A stretch of DNA of 59,296 bases, taken from a virus (taxonomy: Duplodnaviria > Caudoviricetes). The notes below the pieces were generated by a model, which did not search any database, was not told the origin of the DNA, and saw only the letters and a list, made by a program, of their open reading frames with translations. Below are positions 40,078 through 50,217 of this stretch, piece by piece. The stretch spans positions 1 through 59,296 of the IMG/VR virus record IMGVR_UViG_3300017745_000006; one strand, 5' to 3'. A program made the position numbers and the translations under genes. Positions within the stretch are counted from its first letter, which is position 1, and every line of letters begins with the position of its first letter.

Positions 40078-42346
40078 GTATTATTTCGGGGTTAAAAAAT
40101 GCGTCACCTTGTCTCCATAGGTCTGCCGCAAGAAAAGCGTATTGTACTCTTGAATTTAACTTTGACTCTGTCCAATACTCAGAGATCGATTGAACTGCCC
40201 CCCAAGTTTTTCCGTTTCTGTTGTAGTAAAATGGTAACCTAAAAAATATGTTATTAGAGTCTTCTAGAGTTGCAATTGCGGTCTCGCCGGCAACTAGCTG
40301 GTTTCTAAAAGAAGCAGATCCGCTATCAACTCTGTTACCAAGACTATCTAGCTCCTCTGCTCCTACTTGGGCCAAAGTAAATTTTGTCGGCAATAAAGTT
40401 GGAGCATTAACTTCATTTCCCCTGAGCCCACTCTTTACTTTAAACGTTCCGTCAAGATTTTTTTCTATCTCTTCTTTTGTATGGGCCTTTACGTTAAACA
40501 AACTAAATAAAAACACAAGGGACAAAATACTACCTTTTGATTCCATCAGACCGTCCCACTCCGCTTTATATGCAGAAAAATTACCTGAGTAGCCTATAGA
40601 GGCCAAATCTACGTTAGAAAGATCTGTACTTCCGTCTGTTATTTCCTCTGTAGAACGCCAAGGACTAGAATCAAAAGGACTTAAGTCTAAGACTTCTCCT
40701 TTTATAGTCTTATACTCGGTCTCTGCAACGGTTTGACTAAGTTCTTTTTCAAACCACCCAAGCGCGTTTCTAATAAGAGTTCTTTTATATTTTTCGTTCC
40801 AATTCACGTTCCAAAAAGGCCTAGTAAGACCCGCGTGCTGTGCTAGCCAGTCTAAGTTTTTAGGGCTGCATTCATTAGGATCTAAATAGGTATAATAGAA
40901 CGATTCTATCTCATGTTTCTTTTCTCTTAAAAACTCATCGGCACCGGCTAAAATCCATTTGGCAATAGGAGCTCTAGGTAGCCTATCTTCTGGTAATTTG
41001 TACCAAGATTCTATGTCTTTTGGGGAATAAAGTTCAGATTTTGTTCTATCTGATAGCACAGGAGACATGCCTAAAGCCCTCCTTTCTTCTTCGTCAAAAA
41101 TAGTTCTAGGAAGAAACTGATAGGCAATTAATCGGTCGCTAGTTGCAACAACAGTGCCTACTTCTAGCGCAGAAATGGGTATATTAAGTCTTTCGCCCTC
41201 ATCCGCCACTAATAACATCTGCTCTGATTCTTCAGGGCGATAGCTTAGAGACGCTGATGGTAACCTTAAATAGATGGGGCGAGTATTTTCATCAGAGATA
41301 GATCTAATTTTTGATTGCTTTAACCCAGATCTAGTAATCTGAATACAGTTAGTAAAAAGCGACCTAAGTTCTCTAAATACAAAAGATATAAATTGCCTAT
41401 TTGTCTCGTGCTTTGCAAAACGATTTTCCCATCTTTGAGCCATTATTTCAGAAATTTTTTCTTTCCAAATCTCGTTAATTTTAAAAAGCGTGTCTTCTAC
41501 CGCAGTGTATACTTCTTCAGACAGATCTGTATCCGCAAGAGAAGAGTACCTAGGGCCAGTTTCGATATAAGGTAAGTTTTTATACGCTAACTTTAAAACT
41601 CTTACAATAAAGTCTTCTTCTGGAGTTATAATGCCGCTTAAAGTCTCTGGGCCATCTAGAGAAAAAGCGTTATTAAATATTTTTAAAACATCGTCCGAAA
41701 AAATATTTTCTAAATAGTTAGCAGGAGGAAGGAGAATTGTAGTTGCTTTACTGGCGGGCTTGTCTATTTCCAATACAGAGCCATCTAAATTTTTATATCT
41801 TCCTCTAATAATTGTTTTTAACTCTACTACCTCTTTACCACCAACAAAATACTCAACAGCAGCCCCGTTATAATTAGACTCAGAGGTGTACTTCCACTTA
41901 AAGTTGGAAACTTTCCTAAGCCTTCCTATAAGGCATTTTCCGGGCTTGCAGTTGGTGCTAGTGCCGTCTGTACAAATTAAGCCTTCTGTCGCGCAATTTT
42001 CATTACCTCCTAACAAGTCTCCTGGAACAGAAACGCCGTGAGAGAGTATCTTAAATTCCCCCGTAGCTTCTGCGTTTATTGCTTCTGGCTCTGGAGAGTA
42101 TACATTGCCAATGCTTTCGTACTCAAAGCCTGAAGAGTTTATCTTTTTAATATCCCTAGAAATAACTTTATTTCTGTTATCATTTAACTCTTTTTTAAAA
42201 TCAAAATTAATTTCTGCGAGGGTGTGCTCTGCTATTTTAAGTTTTTTCGTTCTAGCAAACTCTATAGTAATCTTTCCAGAAGAAAACCCTCTACGAATAA
42301 AGTTTCTATTTTTTTGGTCCCAGATAGATATGTTTTCCATCGTCAA
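40070..42346 (-). CDS. Baseplate wedge protein (P2 gpI-like domain)
   Basis: YLDPNECSPKNLDWLAQHAG...W....KRTLI motif; directly follows gpJ. Confidence 0.75.
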   Translation of the reverse strand: MTMENISIWDQKNRNFIRRGFSSGKITIEFARTKKLKIAEHTLAEINFDFKKELNDNRNKVISRDIKKINSSGFEYESIGNVYSPEPEAINAEATGEFKILSHGVSVPGDLLGGNENCATEGLICTDGTSTNCKPGKCLIGRLRKVSNFKWKYTSESNYNGAAVEYFVGGKEVVELKTIIRGRYKNLDGSVLEIDKPASKATTILLPPANYLENIFSDDVLKIFNNAFSLDGPETLSGIITPEEDFIVRVLKLAYKNLPYIETGPRYSSLADTDLSEEVYTAVEDTLFKINEIWKEKISEIMAQRWENRFAKHETNRQFISFVFRELRSLFTNCIQITRSGLKQSKIRSISDENTRPIYLRLPSASLSYRPEESEQMLLVADEGERLNIPISALEVGTVVATSDRLIAYQFLPRTIFDEEERRALGMSPVLSDRTKSELYSPKDIESWYKLPEDRLPRAPIAKWILAGADEFLREKKHEIESFYYTYLDPNECSPKNLDWLAQHAGLTRPFWNVNWNEKYKRTLIRNALGWFEKELSQTVAETEYKTIKGEVLDLSPFDSSPWRSTEEITDGSTDLSNVDLASIGYSGNFSAYKAEWDGLMESKGSILSLVFLFSLFNVKAHTKEEIEKNLDGTFKVKSGLRGNEVNAPTLLPTKFTLAQVGAEELDSLGNRVDSGSASFRNQLVAGETAIATLEDSNNIFFRLPFYYNRNGKTWGAVQSISEYWTESKLNSRVQYAFLAADLWRQGDAFFNPEIIHE

Positions 42347-43653
42347 GCTCTAAGGTACTGATCGTAGTCTGTATTCAAAAATGTGTATGTCAGCGGTGAT
42401 TGGGTGGATACGTCAATAAAGCTTACAGTTGTTTTATAAGTTCTAAAAGATCTGACAGGGTTCGTATTTTTAAAAATTGTTTCTACAGAATTAATTCTTT
42501 GCTCCAGCGTATTGATACAAACGTCGTTTACTTCTGTTGATTTAAATGGCAAGTTGCAATTTACTTCTCCGACGTCGTTTCCTCCTGTTAACTGAAGCAG
42601 GTCCATTGATAGAGTTTTTACTCTACTTACAACGTTTAAAGCGTATATGCTATTAAAAATACTCTGATAATTTAGTTCTCCTCCTAATCCAATAGCGCTC
42701 GGGGAAATCTCTTCCAGTAGTAAATTATTTATTACGTTCGCAAATGCTCCTATCCCGCCATTAAATTCTTCGCCATTGTACTCTACCACCACTGTGGTTT
42801 CTACGGGCGTAATTACAGGAGAGATAAGAGAAACATTAGTACCAATAGGAACTTTTTTTCTCAAGGCTTTTAGCACATTTGACCTAGTAACCTGCTCAAG
42901 CGCAGATCCGTCAGAGTCACCTACACAGACCACTACAACTCCAGAAGGTGCTGTTTCTTCTATATCGAATCTTTCTTCGTAGCTTAAAACTTTAATTATA
43001 GAAGAGCTAGGTGCTAGAACTCCCACCTCATCCTCATAGTCTTGTGCAGTAATCAAGCCTCTTCTTTTTAACAAAGAAAAAGCTTTTGCTTTCATACTCT
43101 CGATAGACTCCAAGTCTTTACCACCTTGGATAGGCGACTCATTTGTTACTCGGTCTAATCCTAAGATATTTACATTTATTTTTTCAATAGAATTAGAGTC
43201 TAGGTTGTAGGCCGCACCCCATTTTTCTGCCGTTACCATACCTTTGCCGGAAACTAGAGAGTCTCCTATTCTTACTTCAGACTTTAGTACAAAATTAAGT
43301 CTGTTTGCTGTGCTAACAATAGTTCCGGCCGGGATAATTACGGTACGATTAAAATTATTAGTTTTTATAAACGTGACGTCTGTTACAGCTTTTGCACCAA
43401 TGGACCTTTGAATACCTAACTGTCTGAGCCATTGAAGAGTATAAGCTTCTGGAAGAGCGTTCAAGTAATAAAGTAATTCGCTTTGTGCGTAAGCCTGCCC
43501 CTCCACAAGTGCAGAGAGAGGAGAAGCCGGACTAAAATCATTTAGTTCTCCGCCAGACTCAAGAAAAACTTTAGTCTGCATGTCTCGAACTAAAGCCGGA
43601 GTGTTTCTCGGGTCAAGCTGTAGAGGTAAAATTGGTCCGTAGATATCAGCCAT
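42343..43653 (-). CDS. Baseplate J-like wedge protein
   Basis: NDFSPASP, QLGIQR..GAKA, IPAGTIV, GAAYN, GGKDLES, LITAQDYE motifs. Confidence 0.9.
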   Translation of the reverse strand: MADIYGPILPLQLDPRNTPALVRDMQTKVFLESGGELNDFSPASPLSALVEGQAYAQSELLYYLNALPEAYTLQWLRQLGIQRSIGAKAVTDVTFIKTNNFNRTVIIPAGTIVSTANRLNFVLKSEVRIGDSLVSGKGMVTAEKWGAAYNLDSNSIEKINVNILGLDRVTNESPIQGGKDLESIESMKAKAFSLLKRRGLITAQDYEDEVGVLAPSSSIIKVLSYEERFDIEETAPSGVVVVCVGDSDGSALEQVTRSNVLKALRKKVPIGTNVSLISPVITPVETTVVVEYNGEEFNGGIGAFANVINNLLLEEISPSAIGLGGELNYQSIFNSIYALNVVSRVKTLSMDLLQLTGGNDVGEVNCNLPFKSTEVNDVCINTLEQRINSVETIFKNTNPVRSFRTYKTTVSFIDVSTQSPLTYTFLNTDYDQYLRA

Positions 43654-44543
43654 TAATTCGTACCAAGGTCAATTGTTGTAAAATCTATATTATAAATAGC
43701 CTGTTGTGTAGGAAACACATTAAAATCGTCTGACAAGTTACTAAGCGCAGAAGACCCTAGATAGTTAAGATCTACGTTTTCGTACCCATCTGGATTTAGT
43801 AAACTTTCACCTAATAGAGAGACTAGAGGGTATCCTACGTACCCTTGAACTACTGATTTTTTAATAGAGGATCCTTCATTTTTATAGGCTACACCTTTGT
43901 AGTAATCTACAGGAGAGATTGTTCCATAAACCCTATCTACTCCCCTTGAGTCTTTTGTAGATACGCCTTGCACATCTAGCCTTACTAAATTGTCAGGAGG
44001 AGCACTTGTAATTTTTGTGTTTGGGTTATTAATAACCAGTACTAAAACACTAGAAACGTCCTCCCCAACGTACCCAAATTTTATAAATTCTTCTTCTATT
44101 TTAGAAGATAACGTTATTGAGTCTATTTCTAAATCCGAATTAGCATTAAACCTATATACAGTTTTTTCTACACTATCAGAAAAAATAGTACTAGGAGAAA
44201 TAGAATATGTTGAGTATTCGTCTATGCTAGACAAAAATATTTCTAATAGCGTCGAAGAAAATGTACCAACGTCAGATGCGTATAAGTCGATAAAATCTGT
44301 TATAATCTCTTCAGAGTCGTACTCTGATTGAATTACAGACTTAAATACGTCTAAGACAAAGTTTTTTGTTCCTACAAAATCTAAGAAAACTTGAGAAGGT
44401 CTTTGGCTATCTATAGCCTTTGTCTTAGATCCTCTTTTTATCTGATCTGCTACTGTAGGAAAAAGAGAAGAAGACCCGTAGGCTACGGCCGCTAATCCTC
44501 CTGTTGTAGAGAAACTGTCAGTGAGAAAATTGCTTTTGGCCAC
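43653..44543 (-). CDS. Hypothetical protein heading the baseplate operon (GTG start)
   Basis: 296-aa ORF coupled to gpJ. Confidence 0.7.
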   Translation of the reverse strand: MAKSNFLTDSFSTTGGLAAVAYGSSSLFPTVADQIKRGSKTKAIDSQRPSQVFLDFVGTKNFVLDVFKSVIQSEYDSEEIITDFIDLYASDVGTFSSTLLEIFLSSIDEYSTYSISPSTIFSDSVEKTVYRFNANSDLEIDSITLSSKIEEEFIKFGYVGEDVSSVLVLVINNPNTKITSAPPDNLVRLDVQGVSTKDSRGVDRVYGTISPVDYYKGVAYKNEGSSIKKSVVQGYVGYPLVSLLGESLLNPDGYENVDLNYLGSSALSNLSDDFNVFPTQQAIYNIDFTTIDLGTN

Positions 44544-44569
44544 ATTTGAAATGTATCAATCTAATATAG

Positions 44570-44596
44570 CTTTAAACCGTGGAAAGCAGTTTAAAG
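44570..44596. promoter_or_regulatory. Back-to-back divergent GTTTAAAG motifs
   Basis: CTTTAAAC(44570-44577)-11 nt-GTTTAAAG(44589-44596), 26 and 31 nt from the divergent start codons. Confidence 0.75.
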
Positions 44597-44627
44597 GAAG
44601 TATAGACTAAGTACAATAGAATTGTAA

Positions 44628-45176
44628 ATGAGTCAAGCATCTATTCAAATTCTGACCTCTAACATAACTGGAGAGGAGCCTTTCATCGGGGACCTGGATG
44701 AAGGGGAACTTTTTGCCAATAACGCAGACGGCAGAGTCTGGATGGGAGATTCTATTGGATCTCCTATAGAAATAGGCGGAGCTGTTAAAAACAGTCCTAT
44801 GGGCTCATTACGCCTGGCTAATTATTTGTCAGTTGACGTAAGTAACGCCGAAAATCTGCCTATTTCAAATACTAATCCTTTACTCATACCTCAAGGATTT
44901 TATAGAGAAGCGAGAGTTTTAATTACTTTCCCGCAAGATCCCGTGTCAAGTGTAGTCTATTTTGATTACCCCGTAGACTGGGGCACCCGAGACTCCTGGA
45001 TTTTAAGATCGACAGGAGTTACCTGGGGAGAAGGCCTAGTAGCATTCGACGAAGATGCAAATAATCCTATTGATGCTTATAGAGCAAAAGATAGACAAAT
45101 GATGGTGGAGCTTAGCTCCTTTGGCCCTAATGATTCCTGGATGGGCAGATTACTCTGGATCAATAATATTTCATAA
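44628..45176 (+). CDS. Tail-fibre-associated protein
   Basis: IQIL.S...P..GDLDEGELFANNADGRVWMG is a fibre N-terminal module. Confidence 0.7.
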   Translation: MSQASIQILTSNITGEEPFIGDLDEGELFANNADGRVWMGDSIGSPIEIGGAVKNSPMGSLRLANYLSVDVSNAENLPISNTNPLLIPQGFYREARVLITFPQDPVSSVVYFDYPVDWGTRDSWILRSTGVTWGEGLVAFDEDANNPIDAYRAKDRQMMVELSSFGPNDSWMGRLLWINNIS

Positions 45177-45187
45177 TTTGAACTCCA

Positions 45188-48100
45188 ATGCTTGACAAGA
45201 TTACGTTCGTTAACGGAACAATCGTTACCAAGGAGTATCTCAATGAGGTACAAAACGGTACAGACTTCTCTGGCGCACCTGCCAGAGATAATTTCTATGC
45301 AGCAACAGACGCAGAAAAAGCTTCTTGGGGCATAGCTCAGAGAGACAAACTTAAAGACTACGAGATTGCTAATCCGCGCGAAGAAGGAGAAACAGCAATT
45401 GGTAGGCTAGCTCATGATGGAATTATCTTAGGGCATGGTGTAACTGACTTTACTGGCTGGTCAATTGCGGACGCAACTTTCACCGCTCCAGAGACTGTTC
45501 CTGTAAACATCGGCGACGATCAAACCATCACAGTTGACCTAAGTGGAACTCCTGAAAGTTATGCAGTTGTTGTAGAAGCCGGAAAGATTGTCCTTTCGAC
45601 AGGCGCTATCCTTAAGTGGTTTAGACAGTTTGTAGGGTTGGTTAACACAAGTGGAGATAACTATCTCTATGTTTTAGAAGAAAGCGCAGACCCTGCTGAG
45701 CCTAAAATTGCAATTAGTAACGCGTTCCCTTCTGCGTCTTCAGTACCTCATATTCCTCTTGCAAAAGTTAGTGTTTCTAACGGTCAGATAAACGTAGATG
45801 GAGTAGTAGACTACCGCCCCAGTCTATATATAGGTGCACTTAACAACTACTCAACGGGTGTATTAAAAAATACTCCAATCCTTAGTGCATCCGAAACTAT
45901 CAATTCTTGGGATAGAGCAATTCTTGATACCAGAAACGGATCAGTAATTGTCACTCTCCCTGCATCTCCTACAGATAGCGATAGAGTTGCTATTGTTGAC
46001 TTAGAAGGTTCGTTTGATCGTTATCCTGTAGTCCTAAGACCTTCTGACGGCACAAAAATTAACAACTCTGTTGATGACTGGATCATTAACATCCGCGACT
46101 CTAACATCGAGCTGTTCTACAACGAATCAACCGCAGAGTGGAGATTTGAAGAAACCCCCGGATCTGAATGTAACCCTAGACTGGGTACCTTCATTAGTTG
46201 TGGCGGTAGAGAATTTCTCGGAGTTAGAGAGGCAGGTGAATGCCCTGATGGCCAGGCTGTTCCTGGCGAGTATCCAAACCCTTCAGAAGGAGTATATCGT
46301 TTTGAAGCAGCTACTACAAAGTGCTATAAAGAAGTTAACACAACTGTCGCAATTTATTCAGACGGTGAAGGAGGCCTAATCAAGGTATTTGGTGCAGACA
46401 AATGTAAAAAAGTCGGTGCGGGCGGAACGTCTGCTGGGTCTGAAATTGCAAAAAATATAATTTACGTTGACCCTGCCGTGGGCGACGATAGAGTAATTAA
46501 TAGTGGAACAGACTCAAATAGACCTTTTAGAACTCTTGAAAGAGCAATTTTAGAGGCCGCGAGAGGAAGCAGAAGAACCGAGGGCCTTGATGCTTACGAC
46601 ACCACTGTTATTGAACTAGCACCCGGCGATCACTACATTGATAACTTTCCTGGATTAAATGCAGTTGGCGCAATTTCTTCAGGAGATTCGTACATTAAGC
46701 AGGTAACAACTGGCGCTACTTGCTTAAAAGACTGGACAAAAGAATCTCCTTATATCTCTATAACGACAAACAATAACGCTGCAACTCAGCCTCCCGTTGC
46801 TTTTTCTTTAGGAAGATCTCTATATACGGCCTCTGGAGCTGTTGGCACTATATACAAAATAGAGAAAGAAAGCATTAACTCTGTTGAGTGGAAAATCTAT
46901 CTACAATACGTAAATGGATCTTTCTCTCTAGGCGACGAAATCTTTATTAATAGACTTTCTGATGTCAACCCCTCGTCAGGTGGACTAATCGTCCCTAGAG
47001 GTATTTCTATCAATGGCGTTGACTTAAGAAAAGTTCGTGTCCGTCCGATGTACGTTCCGGCTTTAACACCAGGGCAAAATACCGCACAAGATAAAAGAAC
47101 TTATATATTCAAAGTAACGGGTGGTACTTATATATCCCTGCTTACTTTTACAGACAATCAGCAAATACCCAGGACTCACAACACAGTCACTTGCGTCGGA
47201 TACGCTTCTGAAGAAGAAATTAAAGGATCTCCTGCTGAAACTTCTTTCTACACTAAGATCTTTTCATTATTTTCTGGCATTGATGGCTGGGGATCTCAAG
47301 ATGGCATAAGCGAGGTAGGCGCGGAAACTACAATCGTTGCCCCTCTTGCAGCAAGTAAAGAAGATAGGTCTCAAGATACTGAGCAAAACGTAACAGGGGT
47401 CAAAACTCCTGATATTAATGCCACAGTCCCAGAGTATCCCGGTGGCATTGCTCTTTCTACAATAGACGGAGGAGCGGCAAGTACCTACAAACTTCCAGAC
47501 GTTAACTCTACAAGATCGTCTTCCCCGTACGTATTTAATTGCTCTGTTAGATCCATATTTGGTCTTAACGGAATGTGGGTAGATGGCTCTAGAGTCTCCG
47601 GCTTTAAGTCGATGGTGGCGGCAAACTATACGCAGGTTTCGCTACAAACCGACCCTAATTGCTTTGAAACTCCTACGGTAGAATACTATAACGACCCTCC
47701 TACTAACAAGCAAACTGGCTCAGGTAAGAGATACAGAGGAAGCACTGCTGATCCTTTCAAGTACCGCCACTGGGGCTTTAGATCAAGCAGCGACGCTCAA
47801 GTTCAGTTAGTTTCTTGCTTTGTTATCGGTAACGCAGATCATTTCATTTCAGAGTCCGGTTCTGACTTATCTATTACGAACTCTTGTTCTGACTTTGGAG
47901 ATATCTCGCTAAGAGCGCTGGGATACAAACCAGAAGCCTTCTCTCAAGATAAGGGCGTCCCCTCCGGTACATACGGCGGAACTAGAATTACTCAGATAAT
48001 CCCGCCTCTGCCTCTTTCTTACTCTCCTCTTGCTGACGGAAGTAAAGCAACATTAACAGATACATCTATTAACACGGGATTAGTCTTAGACTATCAAAAA

Positions 48101-50203
48101 ACTCTAGATTATGTCGTCGCAGCAAAAACTAGTAGTAATAACGCACCAAGTGTAATTAGAATCTATGTAAAAAATTCTAATAACGCTTCACCATTTACAT
48201 TAAAGAACGCCCCTAAGGCAAACGACGTTGCTTTTGGTCAGTTCTCTTACACAAAAAAGACAGAGAACGGGGAGTATATTTTAGCAGGTGGCAAGAAAAG
48301 AACAAACAGGCAGAGAATCTATATATCTGGTTTCGACGAAACAGGTACTTCTATTCAGTACACCGGAAACATCCAAGTTGTCGAGGAAGGCAACTCTGGG
48401 TACCAAGAACTAGATGACAGATCTAAAATCTTTATCTGGGACACCTCAAAGTCCGCGTGGTACATCTCGGTTAAGACCTCAGGGATTACAGAAGAGACAT
48501 ATAATAAAAACGCAGAAAATAAAGGAGATCTTGATGGCGACGGCTTCTTGCTTAAGAGATTCAACCACGCGTTTAGATTTAAATTAAATCCTGATAGTGG
48601 TAGTAATGCCACTTATGCGAACGTAGACTTTATATTTGATAAAGCGCCGGTCAAGCTCATAAGAGGAGTTGATGGCAGAACAGACCGCCAAAGGGTTTAC
48701 AAAGTCTTATTAGAAGGATTTAATAGAGACTTCGGCTTAAGAAAGCCTCAGAGTTACTATATTCTAGAAAAGCAAGTTGGACCTTTCTTGAACAGCGGAA
48801 CAGAGCTAACATCCGATCCTCTCACAGTAACTCAAGTAATTTCTTATAAAGACTTTTATAATGTAGAGGAGTCCGAATCTACTAAAGGAAAATATATTTC
48901 CTACCTAACTCAGTCTTCTGTTGCCAGAGACGTGTTTACCGGAGACTTTGTCCCCACACGAGACGCTGACGAGCCAGAAGCTACCGAAGATCCTGCAAAC
49001 TCAATCACTCGTACGGCTCTGGTCAAGATGAACAATCGCCCTGGAGTAACTTATGCTATTGACTCAATTGGTCCAGGCGTAAATCCGATTAACATCTTGG
49101 TTGATAGCAATTCAACCGTACCCGGTTTCCTAGTTGGTTTGCATAGACCTTCTGTTATTAGATCTTCTGGCCACACTTGGGAGTGGACAGGATACCTTAA
49201 TTACGACACTGCTTTCCCTAAATTCCAAGGCGATCCGCTAGAGCAAGACTTTGCTCTTGGTAAGACAATCGTAGAAGAAACCGGTGGTAGGGTTTATGCT
49301 ACAGGTATGAACGAAGAAGGTAATTACTACTTAGGCACAACTGTATTCGACCTTCGCTCCGGTGAGCAATTCTCCATCCCTCTAAAGGCAGAAAATGAAG
49401 TTGGAAATATATCTAACCAAGTACTTGCTAACGTAATTGTTAAGAACACTCTGTTAATGCAAGATGAGTCTTCGCTGGTGTTTGGAAACGGGACCTCAAT
49501 TCTGTTTGGAGCAGACACAGAACTAAAAGGAACAACTGCAGGTGTACTAAACGCAGAAAACGCTGGAAGCCTCTCTGTATATGCAACTGAGTCCACAGCA
49601 GGATTTGTTCAACTTGCGTCTGAAGATACAATTAGAGGAGCCTTTAATGAGGGTAGTATAGGTATCGCAGATAAGGTTGCAGTTACAGCAGCAAACCTTG
49701 CAACAGAACTACAATTTAGAGAGAGTTCAGCATTGCAAGCCGGAACAGGGGTCTCAATTATTACTTCTGCTGAAGGCATAGAAAGGCCCGGTGGCGATCC
49801 AAACGACGATTCTGATAATTTCTTTCCTCAGATCGTTTCTATTGGCCAAGATGTATCAACATCTGCAGATGTTAATTTTGCTTCCGTAAAAGCTACTGGG
49901 GACGTTATTGCTTATTATGTTGCAGGGTCATCTGACGCTAGACTAAAGAACAATGTTATTTCCTTGGATGGATCTCTGAGCAAAGTAGAGTCTTTACGTG
50001 GGGTATCTTTTGAATATAAGCAATATCCTGGAGTACCTAGGATCGGATTTATTGCCCAAGAGGTCAAAGAAGTTATACCAGAGGTTGTAAAAGCTGATAA
50101 AGACACAGACATGCTTTCTGTAGCTTATCAAGATTTAGTACCGGTGTTAGTCGAGGCTATTAAAGAGCTCTCTGACAGAGTTAAAAAACTAGAGCAAGGC
50201 TGA
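45188..50203 (+). CDS. Second long tail fibre/tailspike with C-terminal S74-like chaperone
   Basis: 1671 aa; IIYVDP...RPFRTLERA, GGLIVPRGISING.DLRK, SPYVFNCS.RS motifs typical of cyanophage fibres; SSDARLKNNV...GFIAQEV C-terminus. Confidence 0.88.
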   Translation: MLDKITFVNGTIVTKEYLNEVQNGTDFSGAPARDNFYAATDAEKASWGIAQRDKLKDYEIANPREEGETAIGRLAHDGIILGHGVTDFTGWSIADATFTAPETVPVNIGDDQTITVDLSGTPESYAVVVEAGKIVLSTGAILKWFRQFVGLVNTSGDNYLYVLEESADPAEPKIAISNAFPSASSVPHIPLAKVSVSNGQINVDGVVDYRPSLYIGALNNYSTGVLKNTPILSASETINSWDRAILDTRNGSVIVTLPASPTDSDRVAIVDLEGSFDRYPVVLRPSDGTKINNSVDDWIINIRDSNIELFYNESTAEWRFEETPGSECNPRLGTFISCGGREFLGVREAGECPDGQAVPGEYPNPSEGVYRFEAATTKCYKEVNTTVAIYSDGEGGLIKVFGADKCKKVGAGGTSAGSEIAKNIIYVDPAVGDDRVINSGTDSNRPFRTLERAILEAARGSRRTEGLDAYDTTVIELAPGDHYIDNFPGLNAVGAISSGDSYIKQVTTGATCLKDWTKESPYISITTNNNAATQPPVAFSLGRSLYTASGAVGTIYKIEKESINSVEWKIYLQYVNGSFSLGDEIFINRLSDVNPSSGGLIVPRGISINGVDLRKVRVRPMYVPALTPGQNTAQDKRTYIFKVTGGTYISLLTFTDNQQIPRTHNTVTCVGYASEEEIKGSPAETSFYTKIFSLFSGIDGWGSQDGISEVGAETTIVAPLAASKEDRSQDTEQNVTGVKTPDINATVPEYPGGIALSTIDGGAASTYKLPDVNSTRSSSPYVFNCSVRSIFGLNGMWVDGSRVSGFKSMVAANYTQVSLQTDPNCFETPTVEYYNDPPTNKQTGSGKRYRGSTADPFKYRHWGFRSSSDAQVQLVSCFVIGNADHFISESGSDLSITNSCSDFGDISLRALGYKPEAFSQDKGVPSGTYGGTRITQIIPPLPLSYSPLADGSKATLTDTSINTGLVLDYQKTLDYVVAAKTSSNNAPSVIRIYVKNSNNASPFTLKNAPKANDVAFGQFSYTKKTENGEYILAGGKKRTNRQRIYISGFDETGTSIQYTGNIQVVEEGNSGYQELDDRSKIFIWDTSKSAWYISVKTSGITEETYNKNAENKGDLDGDGFLLKRFNHAFRFKLNPDSGSNATYANVDFIFDKAPVKLIRGVDGRTDRQRVYKVLLEGFNRDFGLRKPQSYYILEKQVGPFLNSGTELTSDPLTVTQVISYKDFYNVEESESTKGKYISYLTQSSVARDVFTGDFVPTRDADEPEATEDPANSITRTALVKMNNRPGVTYAIDSIGPGVNPINILVDSNSTVPGFLVGLHRPSVIRSSGHTWEWTGYLNYDTAFPKFQGDPLEQDFALGKTIVEETGGRVYATGMNEEGNYYLGTTVFDLRSGEQFSIPLKAENEVGNISNQVLANVIVKNTLLMQDESSLVFGNGTSILFGADTELKGTTAGVLNAENAGSLSVYATESTAGFVQLASEDTIRGAFNEGSIGIADKVAVTAANLATELQFRESSALQAGTGVSIITSAEGIERPGGDPNDDSDNFFPQIVSIGQDVSTSADVNFASVKATGDVIAYYVAGSSDARLKNNVISLDGSLSKVESLRGVSFEYKQYPGVPRIGFIAQEVKEVIPEVVKADKDTDMLSVAYQDLVPVLVEAIKELSDRVKKLEQG

Positions 50204-50217
50204 GGAGGAAATAAACT

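Noticed and set aside
42634-42641. Intragenic GTTTAAAG copies (also minus strand 22773-22780)
   Set aside because: Antisense within coding regions; compatible with chance occurrence in AT-rich DNA.
37171-44543. Bacterial eCIS/T6SS/tailocin locus
   Set aside because: Terminase, RNR, phoH, sigma and phage-type gene density indicate a genuine phage.
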